IMG/VR virus record: IMGVR_UViG_3300037424_000892
Coordinates: 1-30,112 of that record
DNA: 30,112 nt
Direction: 5' to 3' (one strand)
Origin: a virus
Taxonomy: Duplodnaviria; Caudoviricetes
Shown: positions 1-7,935 of the stretch, piece by piece
Layout: each line of letters opens with the position of its first letter
Numbering within the stretch: position 1 is the first letter of the stretch
Notes under the pieces: generated by a model
Database searches by the model: none
What the model was told of the DNA's origin: nothing
What the model saw: only the letters and a program-made list of their open reading frames with translations
Translations under genes and position numbers: made by a program

Positions 1-50
1 GGTCGTGTCGCAGCACCCGAATAAAAACGCCTGCGAGTATTTGTCAACCA

Positions 51-86
51 TTGACAACCCCCGCCCCCCGCCTGTAAACTCCCCGC
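51..86 (+). promoter_or_regulatory. sigma70-like promoter abutting the terS start (candidate leaderless mRNA); overlaps palindrome TTGTCAA-cca-TTGACAA (41-57)
   Basis: TTGACA (51-56), 18-nt spacer, TAAACT (75-80), 6 nt, ATG at 87. No Shine-Dalgarno upstream. Confidence 0.6.
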
Positions 87-731
87 ATGCCTAAATTATC
101 GGTCCAACATTTCGCGGAACGCGCCGGCTGCAGCCGCCAGCACATTAACAACCTGGTCCACCGCGGGGAGCTGGTCCGCGGCCAGGATAAAAAGCTAGAC
201 ATGGACGTCCGGGCAAATTTCCAGTACCTCCTGGATCGGGGGGTCAGCCTGGACGACATGAAACCGGTTGAAAAGAAACCCACCCCCGGCAAGAAAAAAC
301 CCCCCAGCAAGCCAAAGCCCGCCGCGCCGTCGGTTCCGCGGGCGCCTTTGCAGGAGATAGACGCGGAGGAAGTCCTTGCCCGTCTGTCCTCGCTGGATAT
401 CCGCCAGCTCACCCCCGCCGACGTCGGCAAGGTGGCCCGCCTCGAGTCCGCGTTAAAAACTCGCGTGGAGCGTGAACACAAGCGGGGCCTACTGATCGAA
501 CGGTCCACCGTGCAAACCGTCTTTGGTCGGCTGCATACAATCGACGTAAACGAGCTCCGGACGCTGGGCGCCAAACTGGCCCCGGACGTCGCCGGGTTGC
601 TGGGGGTAGACGACCCGGAAAAACTCCTGCAGGTTGAAAAGCGGATAGACGACGAGGTTTTAAAAAGCCTGGCGCATATCAAGCGGGTCCTAAATGATTT
701 CTTAAAACGCGCCGGCGGGGAGCCATGCTAA
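87..731 (+). CDS. terS: terminase small subunit (Nu1-like, N-terminal HTH)
   Basis: N-terminal HTH-like SVQHFAERAGCSRQHINNLVHRG, Pro/Lys linker, C-terminal helical region with GLLIER motif; overlaps the terL start. Confidence 0.8.
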   Translation: MPKLSVQHFAERAGCSRQHINNLVHRGELVRGQDKKLDMDVRANFQYLLDRGVSLDDMKPVEKKPTPGKKKPPSKPKPAAPSVPRAPLQEIDAEEVLARLSSLDIRQLTPADVGKVARLESALKTRVEREHKRGLLIERSTVQTVFGRLHTIDVNELRTLGAKLAPDVAGLLGVDDPEKLLQVEKRIDDEVLKSLAHIKRVLNDFLKRAGGEPC

Positions 732-2677
732 CCGACCACGCTTTCCTGATGGAGCAAAACGACCTCAAGCCGACAAAGCCCCCGGAGCGGCTTATCTCGA
801 CCTATATTGAGGGCCGGCGCGTCATGCCCCCTAGTACCCCCTTTCCGGGGTTTTGGGAGAATAACCGGACGCCCTACGGCATAGAGATAGCCGACAATAT
901 GAGCCCCTTTTCCCCTGTGACTATTACGTCCGTGATGAAGGGGGCACAGATCGGCCTGACCGCGTGGGCGGAAAATGTTATCGGCTACTGGATGGACGAA
1001 GTACCCGCGGAGATTCTTTACGCGTCGGCAACGGACGACCTCCTGGAAAAGTGGGCGACTAAACGCCTCGAGCCGCTGATCGATTCAATAGGGATGCGGC
1101 ATAAAATTTACGCGCAGGCCGACCTGGGAGCAAAGACCCGGCGCACCGGGGACAAAATGTTCCGCAAGGAATACACGGGTGGGGCCCTCGATATGGCCAG
1201 CGCCCAAAGCGCCAGCGGCTTACGTTCCGACTCTAAGCGGGTCCTGGTACTGGACGAAATAGACGGCGCCCCCCGGATGCTCCGCACCGGTGAGGGGACT
1301 TGGTTAGACGTTGCGCACGCCCGTACAAACGCGTGGGGCGCCCGCAAAAAGATTTTTGAGTTTTCCACCCCGACCACGTTTGAGTTATCCCTTATCCGTG
1401 AACGGTACGAGGCCGGTGACCGGCGAAAATACAGCGTAGCCTGCCCGCGTTGCGGCGTTTTTGATTTTCTGGAATTCGAGCACCTGCGCCACGAAATGAA
1501 AGGCGGTCAGCTCTCCCGCGTTTTCTATGAGTGCCCCCACTGTCAAGGAACCATTAACAACCACGAAAAAACGGCCATGATGAACCCGGCCAACGGGGCC
1601 CACTGGGAGCCGACCGCCATTTCCTCGAACCGGACGCACCGGTCCTATCAAATCAGCTCCATGTATTCCCCGGTTGGGATGCTGTCCTGGTTCGAGTTAT
1701 TCCAGAAATACCTGGACGCCAAGGACAACCCGGAAAAAATGCGATCCTTTGTTAACCTCTATTTGGGGTTGCCGTTCAAGGAAACTGGGAGCCGCCCCAA
1801 ACTCGAAAAGGTTATAGAGCTCCGCGGGGAGTACCGGGAGGGGGAGGTCCCCGACGGCGTCCTTTTTCTAACCGCCGGGATTGACGTGCAACGGGGGACC
1901 GACGGGGACCCGCTCAACCCGCCCCGCCTGGAAATGGAAATCCTCGGCCACGGCGCGGGCTTTCGGACCTGGTCGGTATTATACCGGACGTTTGAGGGGG
2001 AGACGACCCGCTCCGCCTTTGAGGGCGCGTGGTCGGGTCTACACGACTGGGCCACGGGCGGGGGGCTGATTCTCACGCGGTCCGACGGTTTCCGGTTTCC
2101 GGTCAACCTGGTATTTATCGATTCCGGGGACGGCATGTATTTCGACATCGTTTATAATTTCGCGTCCCGCTGGCAAAACACCTACGCAAGTAAAGGGTTC
2201 GGGGCCCTGCAGAAGCGCAAAACCGAAAAGGGGGACGAGGCCGGCCCGCACAATTTCAAGCGCTACAGGGCCGCCACGTCGGGCCGCATGGGGGACGCGA
2301 CGTTCTACGAGATATCAACCAACTTTTACAAGACGCAGGTTTATAATAATCTGCAGTTGGCCCGCCGGGACGTTGCCCCCCAGCGCCCCGGATATTGTGA
2401 TTTCCCCCGGGACCGCAACGAAAAATATTTCAAGATGTTAACCGCTGAGGAGAAGCGGAGCGACGGATCATTCCACGCCGGCGGCCGGAGAAACGAGGCG
2501 CTGGACTGCAGGGTTATGGCGCTATGCGCCGCGGACGTTTTTCTTGACGCCAAGGTTTCGGGCCTACGCGTAGCCGCCAAGGCCAACGGCGCCACGGACC
2601 TGGAACTCCACCGGATAAACCAGGCGTTTGTTTTGGACATGCTGGCCAAACAGTCCACCCGCCGGCGCGTCGCATAA
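725..2677 (+). CDS. terL: terminase large subunit, lambda GpA family
   Basis: RTPY motif, Walker A-like MKGAQIGLT, Walker B VLVLDEID, STPT, CPRC/CPHC zinc motif, nuclease motifs LTAGIDVQ, FIDSG and RNEALDC. Confidence 0.95.
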   Translation: MLTDHAFLMEQNDLKPTKPPERLISTYIEGRRVMPPSTPFPGFWENNRTPYGIEIADNMSPFSPVTITSVMKGAQIGLTAWAENVIGYWMDEVPAEILYASATDDLLEKWATKRLEPLIDSIGMRHKIYAQADLGAKTRRTGDKMFRKEYTGGALDMASAQSASGLRSDSKRVLVLDEIDGAPRMLRTGEGTWLDVAHARTNAWGARKKIFEFSTPTTFELSLIRERYEAGDRRKYSVACPRCGVFDFLEFEHLRHEMKGGQLSRVFYECPHCQGTINNHEKTAMMNPANGAHWEPTAISSNRTHRSYQISSMYSPVGMLSWFELFQKYLDAKDNPEKMRSFVNLYLGLPFKETGSRPKLEKVIELRGEYREGEVPDGVLFLTAGIDVQRGTDGDPLNPPRLEMEILGHGAGFRTWSVLYRTFEGETTRSAFEGAWSGLHDWATGGGLILTRSDGFRFPVNLVFIDSGDGMYFDIVYNFASRWQNTYASKGFGALQKRKTEKGDEAGPHNFKRYRAATSGRMGDATFYEISTNFYKTQVYNNLQLARRDVAPQRPGYCDFPRDRNEKYFKMLTAEEKRSDGSFHAGGRRNEALDCRVMALCAADVFLDAKVSGLRVAAKANGATDLELHRINQAFVLDMLAKQSTRRRVA

Positions 2678-2691
2678 AAAATAAATAAAAG

Positions 2692-2765
2692 TTGATTTAA
2701 TGGTTGACAAACAATCAAACCTCCGGTATTATCTAGTCAACCTAACGACACGGAGGAAAACCATG
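2692..2765 (+). repeat. 74-bp repeat, copy 1 (promoter+RBS+ATG cassette); identical inverted copy at 26505-26578
   Basis: ttgatttaatggttgacaaacaatcaaacctccggtattatctagtcaacctaacgacacggaggaaaaccatg matches the reverse complement of 26505-26578 base for base. Confidence 0.97.
2704..2762 (+). promoter_or_regulatory. near-consensus sigma70 promoter with AT-rich upstream element and GGAGG RBS
   Basis: TTGACA (2704-2709), 17 nt, TATTAT (2727-2732). A-tracts upstream (2676-2690). GGAGG (2752-2756) lies 6 nt before ATG 2763. Confidence 0.9.
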
Positions 2766-2984
2766 ATTAAACAAGCAATGCCGATTCTTACCGCTATCGC
2801 CTCGAACCTGATCAAGGACGGCATGGCCGAGAAGTTTGTAGCCCTGTCAGAAGCCGAACGGACCGAAGTAACAAAAGCTTACTTTGCCGACCAGCTCCGG
2901 AAAAACGAGCAAATGCAAACCCTGTTCCTGACCAACCCCCAGTTTAAAGCCCGCTTTACGGAAATGGTCCTCGCGTCCTTTTAA
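2763..2984 (+). CDS. small hypothetical protein (73 aa), first gene of accessory operon 1
   Basis: ATG 2763 follows GGAGG. The ORF-track start at 2700 runs through the promoter and is unlikely. Confidence 0.75.
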   Translation: MIKQAMPILTAIASNLIKDGMAEKFVALSEAERTEVTKAYFADQLRKNEQMQTLFLTNPQFKARFTEMVLASF

Positions 2985-2992
2985 CACCAACC

Positions 2993-3014
2993 GCGGGGGG
3001 CTTCGGCCCCTCGC
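2993..3014 (+). other. C(UUCG)G tetraloop hairpin without U-tract, intercistronic
   Basis: gcggggggc-ttcg-gcccctcgc (9 bp with one G-U), directly before the next RBS. Confidence 0.6.
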
Positions 3015-3029
3015 CACGGAGGTAACATC

Positions 3030-3533
3030 ATGTTGAAACAGTTTGACAAAACCTCGGCGCATACCCCGCAAATTATTTTTGTTGCAAAGGCGCGGGAGAA
3101 GAAAGATTTTAGCAAATGTAACCTTTTGCACGTATACAGCGACGGCGCTCGCATAATGGCCACGGACGGCGCCCGGGGCCATGTGTACGCCCCGGCGGAT
3201 TGCCCTCTCCCCGCCGGTTTTTACAGGGTCCTCAGAGGCAGCAAAACGACCATTGACCTGGTCAAGGTTGAGGAGTCAACACCCTTCCCGGACCTGGACC
3301 GGGTTATCCCTAAAAAAGACAAATCAACCACGTTTTCGCCGGGAACAAACGCGGACGTTGACCCCGCCGCGAAACTTGCGCAGGTTTTACGGGCTCAGGG
3401 TTCGGGTTGTTTCAATATTGAATATTTTTTGGACGCCTGCCCGGGTATGTCGGCGTATAGCTGGGAAAACGCTTTTACACCCCTGATGCTAACGGGCCCG
3501 GACCTTGTCGCGGTAATTATGCCGATGCGCTAG
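3030..3533 (+). CDS. truncated DNA polymerase III beta-clamp-like protein (167 aa)
   Basis: Motifs ATDGAR, FPDLDRVIP, FNIEYFLDA and C-terminal VIMPMR parallel DnaN ATDGHRL, FPDYRRVLP, FNVSYVLD and VVMPMRL. GGAGGT RBS. Confidence 0.75.
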   Translation: MLKQFDKTSAHTPQIIFVAKAREKKDFSKCNLLHVYSDGARIMATDGARGHVYAPADCPLPAGFYRVLRGSKTTIDLVKVEESTPFPDLDRVIPKKDKSTTFSPGTNADVDPAAKLAQVLRAQGSGCFNIEYFLDACPGMSAYSWENAFTPLMLTGPDLVAVIMPMR

Positions 3534-3540
3534 AGGGAGG

Positions 3541-3576
3541 CGCGGGACCCCGTCCATCCGGGCGGGGTTTCCCGTG
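3541..3576 (+). terminator. GC-rich hairpin, possible terminator or attenuator after the clamp-like gene
   Basis: cgcggga-ccccgtcc-atcc-gggcgggg-tt-tcccgtg; poor U-tract. Confidence 0.45.
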
Positions 3577-3586
3577 TATAATTGGC

Positions 3587-3880
3587 ATGGCGCGACCTAA
3601 AAACAGCACGGAAAACATGCACCCCGCGGAGCTCCGGGGGATATCCCAAACCGTGGGGAACCTCCGGTCCCTGTCCATCATGACGGGGGTCCCGTATCGG
3701 TCCCTGCAGGACTACGCCAGCGGCCTGGCGGGTATCCCCTTGCCCGTGGCCACCGCGGCCCGCCAGGCCCTCAAACGGGACCGGGACAACCGGGCGCGGA
3801 TTGTCGGCAACATTGAGGCGCGGATCGACCAGCAATTCCCGGCGAGTATTCCGTCAACTCCGGAATCGGAGGGGGAATAA
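3587..3880 (+). CDS. XRE-like helix-turn-helix protein (Aca-like position)
   Basis: LRSLSIMTGVPYRSLQDYASGLAGIP fits an HTH pattern. TATAAT at 3577-3582 just upstream. Alternative start at ATG 3617. Confidence 0.7.
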   Translation: MARPKNSTENMHPAELRGISQTVGNLRSLSIMTGVPYRSLQDYASGLAGIPLPVATAARQALKRDRDNRARIVGNIEARIDQQFPASIPSTPESEGE

Positions 3881-3897
3881 CACCGCTATTTTTTTGT

Positions 3898-3933
3898 TTG
3901 ACTTTCTGTTTACCCGCCGTTAACCTGTCCCGC
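3898..3933 (+). promoter_or_regulatory. sigma70-like promoter abutting the gpW-like start (candidate leaderless mRNA)
   Basis: TTGACT (3898-3903), 17 nt, TAACCT (3921-3926), 7 nt, ATG at 3934. No SD. Confidence 0.6.
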
Positions 3934-4215
3934 ATGAGCTGTATAACATCGACAGAGCGGGCGCGGATCGTTACGGCGATCACAACCAAGGAAACCCAAC
4001 TCGCAGCGGTTAACGCGGCGTATTTGGAATCCTTGACCAACGCGGAAATACAGACTTTTACGTTTGACTCCGGGGAGGGCAAACAGTCCACAACCCGCCG
4101 CAAGCCGGGGGAGCTGGCCGACGCTATCAACCGCCTGGAATCGGAAATAAACCGCCTCCGCCGCCGTCTTACCGGGGGCGGTATCGTCAACATGAACCTC
4201 CGGAGGCGGTCCTAA
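3934..4215 (+). CDS. head-to-tail joining protein (gpW-like)
   Basis: 93 aa helix-beta hairpin-helix pattern directly before a lambda-type portal. ATG 3934 is preferred over TTG 3898, which is the -35 box. Confidence 0.75.
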   Translation: MSCITSTERARIVTAITTKETQLAAVNAAYLESLTNAEIQTFTFDSGEGKQSTTRRKPGELADAINRLESEINRLRRRLTGGGIVNMNLRRRS

Positions 4216-5834
4216 TGCTCAACAAAGTTATCCGCCTATTTTCCAGGGCGCCGGCCGCCGTGCCGCAGGCTTTCGATAATCGATTCGTGATTAATGACCG
4301 TTCCGGCGGGTCGAAATGGCCCTCCGGCCTTTCCGCCTCCGGATCCTCCGCAGCAATCGACCACCGCGCCACCCGACAAAACGCCCGCGTAGCAATGCAA
4401 GACAACGTCCAGGCCCGGGCGATCGTGGAGCGTTTCGCGGATACCGTCGCGGATTGTGGCCTCCGCCTCGAGTTAATGCCCACCATCGAACTCCTGGGGG
4501 TTACCCGGGAGGAGGCCACCGTCAAGGCGCGGGATATTGAGGCGCGGTTTCATTTATGGGCCAAAGACAAAAAACAGCACCGCAGCGAAACGCTAACGTT
4601 TTATCAATCGCATAATCTTTACGCCCACTGGCAGCAGCGGGATAACGACATTTTTGTCCGCCTCTATTACTCCCCCGACCGGGGGCTCCAAAACCCCCTA
4701 CAATTCGAATTCGTGGACCCGGACCAAATCCGCGGGGACGCCTACACGACCACCTACGGTTTCCAATTCCGAAACGACGGAATCAAACGGGATAGCCGCG
4801 GCCGGGAGTCGGGTTATACCGTTTGGATTCGGAACGAGTCCGGGCAGTATACCGACGTCACAATCCCCGCCCGCGGGGAGAAGTCCAGCCGCCTGTTTAT
4901 GCTGCACGGATTCCGCCCGGAGTACGCCGGACAGGGCCGCGGGTTTTCCCGCCTGGCGCATGCGATCCAGGACTTTGAAACGATTACGGACTTTTCCAGC
5001 GCGGCCATAAAAAAAGCAATCAATCAATCGAATATCGTCGGATTTGTCGAGCCCTCAGCGACGGAGGACGCCACAAACCCCTTTGAGGGGATACTCACGG
5101 ATGCGGGGGCGGGTCCCGCCGCGGAACAATTCGGTGCAAACCCTGTGCCGTCGGACACCGCCACGAATGTAACCGCGGATTCCCTCAACCGCGTGGAATG
5201 CTACCAGGTCCCGGAGGCCACGACGAACACCCCGGGCAGCATGTTCATAACGAACCTGCAGAAGGGCCAGAAAATACAATTCATGCCGAACACGGCGCCG
5301 GGGGATAGTTTCGATTCGTTTGTTGATTCATTCGCCGGCCACCTGTCCGCAAGCCTCAGCATTCCGCTTGAGGTTGTTTTGATGAAATTCGGCCAGAATT
5401 ACAGCGCCAGCCGGGCAACCCTTTTGCTATTCTGGCGCGTCTGCCTGGTCTGGCGTAGCGAAATGGCCAGCGACTACCTGGACCCCATTGTCGAAATGTG
5501 GCTATCCGGAGAAATCGCAGCCGGCCGCGTCTCGCTCCCGGGCTGGTCGGACCCCCGCCTCCGGGCGGCCTGGCTCAACTGTAACTGGATCGGAGCGCCG
5601 CCGCCGGATATCGACCCCAGCAAAACCGCCGACGCCCGCAGAAAAAATATTGAGATTGGGGTTACCAACCTGGACCGGGAGGCCCGCGACCATAACGGGA
5701 GCTCCGCCGCCACGAACATTGAAAAAAACAGGACCCTGTACGAGGATTTCCCGGTTGCCCCCTGGACCCCCGTAGGAGGAGGAGGGGAGCCGCAACCAGC
5801 CCCGGCGGCCCGTGACGAGGAGGACGACGAATGA
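4215..5834 (+). CDS. portal protein, lambda family
   Basis: 539 aa with QGRGFSRL, NYSASRATL and PDIDPSK motifs; position after the gpW-like gene. Confidence 0.93.
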   Translation: MLNKVIRLFSRAPAAVPQAFDNRFVINDRSGGSKWPSGLSASGSSAAIDHRATRQNARVAMQDNVQARAIVERFADTVADCGLRLELMPTIELLGVTREEATVKARDIEARFHLWAKDKKQHRSETLTFYQSHNLYAHWQQRDNDIFVRLYYSPDRGLQNPLQFEFVDPDQIRGDAYTTTYGFQFRNDGIKRDSRGRESGYTVWIRNESGQYTDVTIPARGEKSSRLFMLHGFRPEYAGQGRGFSRLAHAIQDFETITDFSSAAIKKAINQSNIVGFVEPSATEDATNPFEGILTDAGAGPAAEQFGANPVPSDTATNVTADSLNRVECYQVPEATTNTPGSMFITNLQKGQKIQFMPNTAPGDSFDSFVDSFAGHLSASLSIPLEVVLMKFGQNYSASRATLLLFWRVCLVWRSEMASDYLDPIVEMWLSGEIAAGRVSLPGWSDPRLRAAWLNCNWIGAPPPDIDPSKTADARRKNIEIGVTNLDREARDHNGSSAATNIEKNRTLYEDFPVAPWTPVGGGGEPQPAPAARDEEDDE

Positions 5835-6118
5835 CCGACGGACGCCGGTTAGACACTTGCGACGCCCCGCACATCGTGGGCTGTGAATTTGCGAACGCCT
5901 CCGCGGAGCAGGCCGTTAAAAAAACGTTTGCGATCCTGGGGGTTGATATTAACAACCCCAGTGAAGTACGCAAATTTCAGGAATCCTTGCGGTTTGGTGA
6001 CCGCCTCAAGAAATATGCGGACCACGGCGGGCTCATTTTCGCCGGCGCTATGGCCCTGGCCTTGGCCGCGGCTATCTGGATGGGAGTTGTTGCCAAAATA
6101 AAAGGGGGTCCTCTGTAA
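5831..6118 (+). CDS. small membrane protein with one C-terminal TM helix, possible holin
   Basis: ATGA overlap with portal; hydrophobic GLIFAGAMALALAAAIWMGVV followed by KIK; directly precedes the lysozyme. Confidence 0.6.
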   Translation: MTDGRRLDTCDAPHIVGCEFANASAEQAVKKTFAILGVDINNPSEVRKFQESLRFGDRLKKYADHGGLIFAGAMALALAAAIWMGVVAKIKGGPL

Positions 6119-6594
6119 TGGAAAAGCTGAAGGCACTTCTGATTTATCACGAGGGTTTGCGGTTGACGCCGTACCATTGCAGCGCCGGAAAACTGACCAT
6201 AGGGGTGGGCCACAACCTCGAGGCTAACCCGATAGCGGGGATTTCCGCCGGGTCGGTCATTACCAAGGCCCGGGCTATGGAAATCCTGGACGCGGATATC
6301 CAGGACGTTGTGGAAAACCTCGACCGGTTTCTCCCCTGGTCTAAAAGCCTGGACGAGGTCCGCCGGGCCGTCCTTATCGATATGGCGTTTAATATGGGGA
6401 TTGGCGGATTGATGGGGTTCCGGGGATTCTTAGCGGACCTGCAGGAGGGCGGGTTCTCCGGGGACTCCGTGGAAATGTTCCGGAGCCGCTGGGCGTACCA
6501 GGTAGGAGACGGACCGGGTAAACGTCGGGACCGCGTGGACCGTCTGGCGGGCATGATTGAAACCGGCCTCTGGCCCCCGGAAATTATTGTTTGA
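6118..6594 (+). CDS. T4-like (GH24) lysozyme/endolysin
   Basis: HEGLRLTPYHCSAGKLTIGVGHNL, RRAVLIDMAFNMG and SRWAYQV motifs. Confidence 0.9.
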   Translation: MEKLKALLIYHEGLRLTPYHCSAGKLTIGVGHNLEANPIAGISAGSVITKARAMEILDADIQDVVENLDRFLPWSKSLDEVRRAVLIDMAFNMGIGGLMGFRGFLADLQEGGFSGDSVEMFRSRWAYQVGDGPGKRRDRVDRLAGMIETGLWPPEIIV

Positions 6595-6627
6595 CAGAAC
6601 TTTCCCCGCATATTAAGGTGGCGCATT
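6591..6627 (+). promoter_or_regulatory. sigma70-like promoter immediately before the protease gene
   Basis: TTGACA (6591-6596), 17 nt, TAAGGT (6614-6619), 8 nt, ATG 6628. AAGGTGG could alternatively act as an SD. Confidence 0.5.
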
Positions 6628-7932
6628 ATGAAAACTTTATTCCATGCAATGGAAAAGGCAACCCTGGCGCAATTCCTCGAAACCAAGGGGGAATTGCTGG
6701 CCATTGCGCAGACCATGACCGCCGACGCCCGCCGGGCCGGTCGGGCCGAAATCATGGAGGCCGCGACCCTCTACGATATCCCCGATGACATGACCAACCC
6801 TCGGGAGCTCTACCGGGTGAGCCCCGACGGGACCGCCGCGATTCCGGTACGCGGGAAACTGACCCAAAGCGTTGATGTATGCGACGGGTTTTTCAGCGAC
6901 GTTACCACCTACGGTTTTATTTCCGCCGCAGCGCTGGCCGCCGACGCGGACCCCTCCGTTACAAAAATAGCGTTTAACTTCTCGACCGGGGGCGGGACCG
7001 TCTCCGGCGTTGACAAATGCGCCAGGGTCCTGGCCGGACTCAAGAAACCCACGGAGGCCCGCGTCTCTGGAATGTGTGCCAGCGCGGGCTACTGGTTGGC
7101 CTCCCAGCTTGACCGGATCGTCGCAACGTCCCCCACGGACTTTCTCGGCTCTATCGGCGTGGCCATGGAACTGGTAGACATGCGCGACGCCGACGCAGCC
7201 CGTGGGGTTAAACGCTACGTCCTGGCCAGTACCGACGCCCCGGACAAGCGCCTGGACATTGCGACGAAGGAAGGGCAAGACAAATACGTCGAGGAGCTGG
7301 ATGCGCTGCATGGGGTTTTTGCGGCCCGCGTGGCCTCCGGCCGCGGGGTGACCGTGGAAACTGTTAACAAAGAATTCGGCCGCGGGGGCGTTTTGATTGC
7401 CGCCCGGGCCCTCTCCGCCGGCATGGTCGATGCCGTGGAGGACATGCCCGTTACCATGCCCCTGGGAAACGCCCCGGACGCAAACGCACCCCCCGCAAAA
7501 GCGGGAACAACCAAAGAGGAGGCCCAACAAATGACACTGTCCGAATTGTTGGCCGCGAATCCCGCAGCAAAAGCCGATTACACCGCCAACCTGGCGGCGG
7601 CTCGGGCTGAGGGGGAGACGGCTGGAATCGTCGCCATGACGGCGAAAATCGAAAAGGTTACCCCGTTCCTGATCTCCAAGGACTACGGGGACGCCGTCAA
7701 GAAAACCGCCGTCGCGGTCCTCAAAGGGGAGCAGACCACCGCCAACTTTGACGCCGTCGTCTCCGCCGTTGACGCGGTCCGGGAAGAAAACGCCCTGGCC
7801 GCCGCCACCAAGGAAACCGACGCCACCAAGGAAACCCCCGGACAGCAGCACAAAACCCGGGAGCCCGGCGCGATCGTTTCCACGGACGCCGACCTCATGG
7901 CCGAAATCGCCCGCATGCAGAAGGGAGCCTAA
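6628..7932 (+). CDS. prohead protease, peptidase S49 family (lambda gpC-like) with C-terminal scaffold region
   Basis: STGGG, CASAGYWLAS, GSIGV, VASGRG and AGMVDAV motifs. Confidence 0.92.
   Translation: MKTLFHAMEKATLAQFLETKGELLAIAQTMTADARRAGRAEIMEAATLYDIPDDMTNPRELYRVSPDGTAAIPVRGKLTQSVDVCDGFFSDVTTYGFISAAALAADADPSVTKIAFNFSTGGGTVSGVDKCARVLAGLKKPTEARVSGMCASAGYWLASQLDRIVATSPTDFLGSIGVAMELVDMRDADAARGVKRYVLASTDAPDKRLDIATKEGQDKYVEELDALHGVFAARVASGRGVTVETVNKEFGRGGVLIAARALSAGMVDAVEDMPVTMPLGNAPDANAPPAKAGTTKEEAQQMTLSELLAANPAAKADYTANLAAARAEGETAGIVAMTAKIEKVTPFLISKDYGDAVKKTAVAVLKGEQTTANFDAVVSAVDAVREENALAAATKETDATKETPGQQHKTREPGAIVSTDADLMAEIARMQKGA
7531..7932 (+). CDS. nested in-frame scaffold protein (Nu3-like)
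   Basis: GAGGAGG (7516-7522) 8 nt before in-frame ATG 7531, after a Pro/Ala linker. Same arrangement as lambda C/Nu3. Confidence 0.7.
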   Translation: MTLSELLAANPAAKADYTANLAAARAEGETAGIVAMTAKIEKVTPFLISKDYGDAVKKTAVAVLKGEQTTANFDAVVSAVDAVREENALAAATKETDATKETPGQQHKTREPGAIVSTDADLMAEIARMQKGA

Positions 7933-7935
7933 ACC

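Noticed and set aside
2700-2762. Shared N-terminal peptide MVDKQSNLRYYLVNLTTRRKTM in two track ORFs
   Set aside because: It is a translation of the duplicated promoter DNA; the true starts follow the GGAGG.
2907-2927. EQMQTLF in the 73-aa protein as a clamp-binding motif
   Set aside because: Spacing fits neither the QL[S/D]LF pentamer nor the QLxLxF hexamer; only a near miss.
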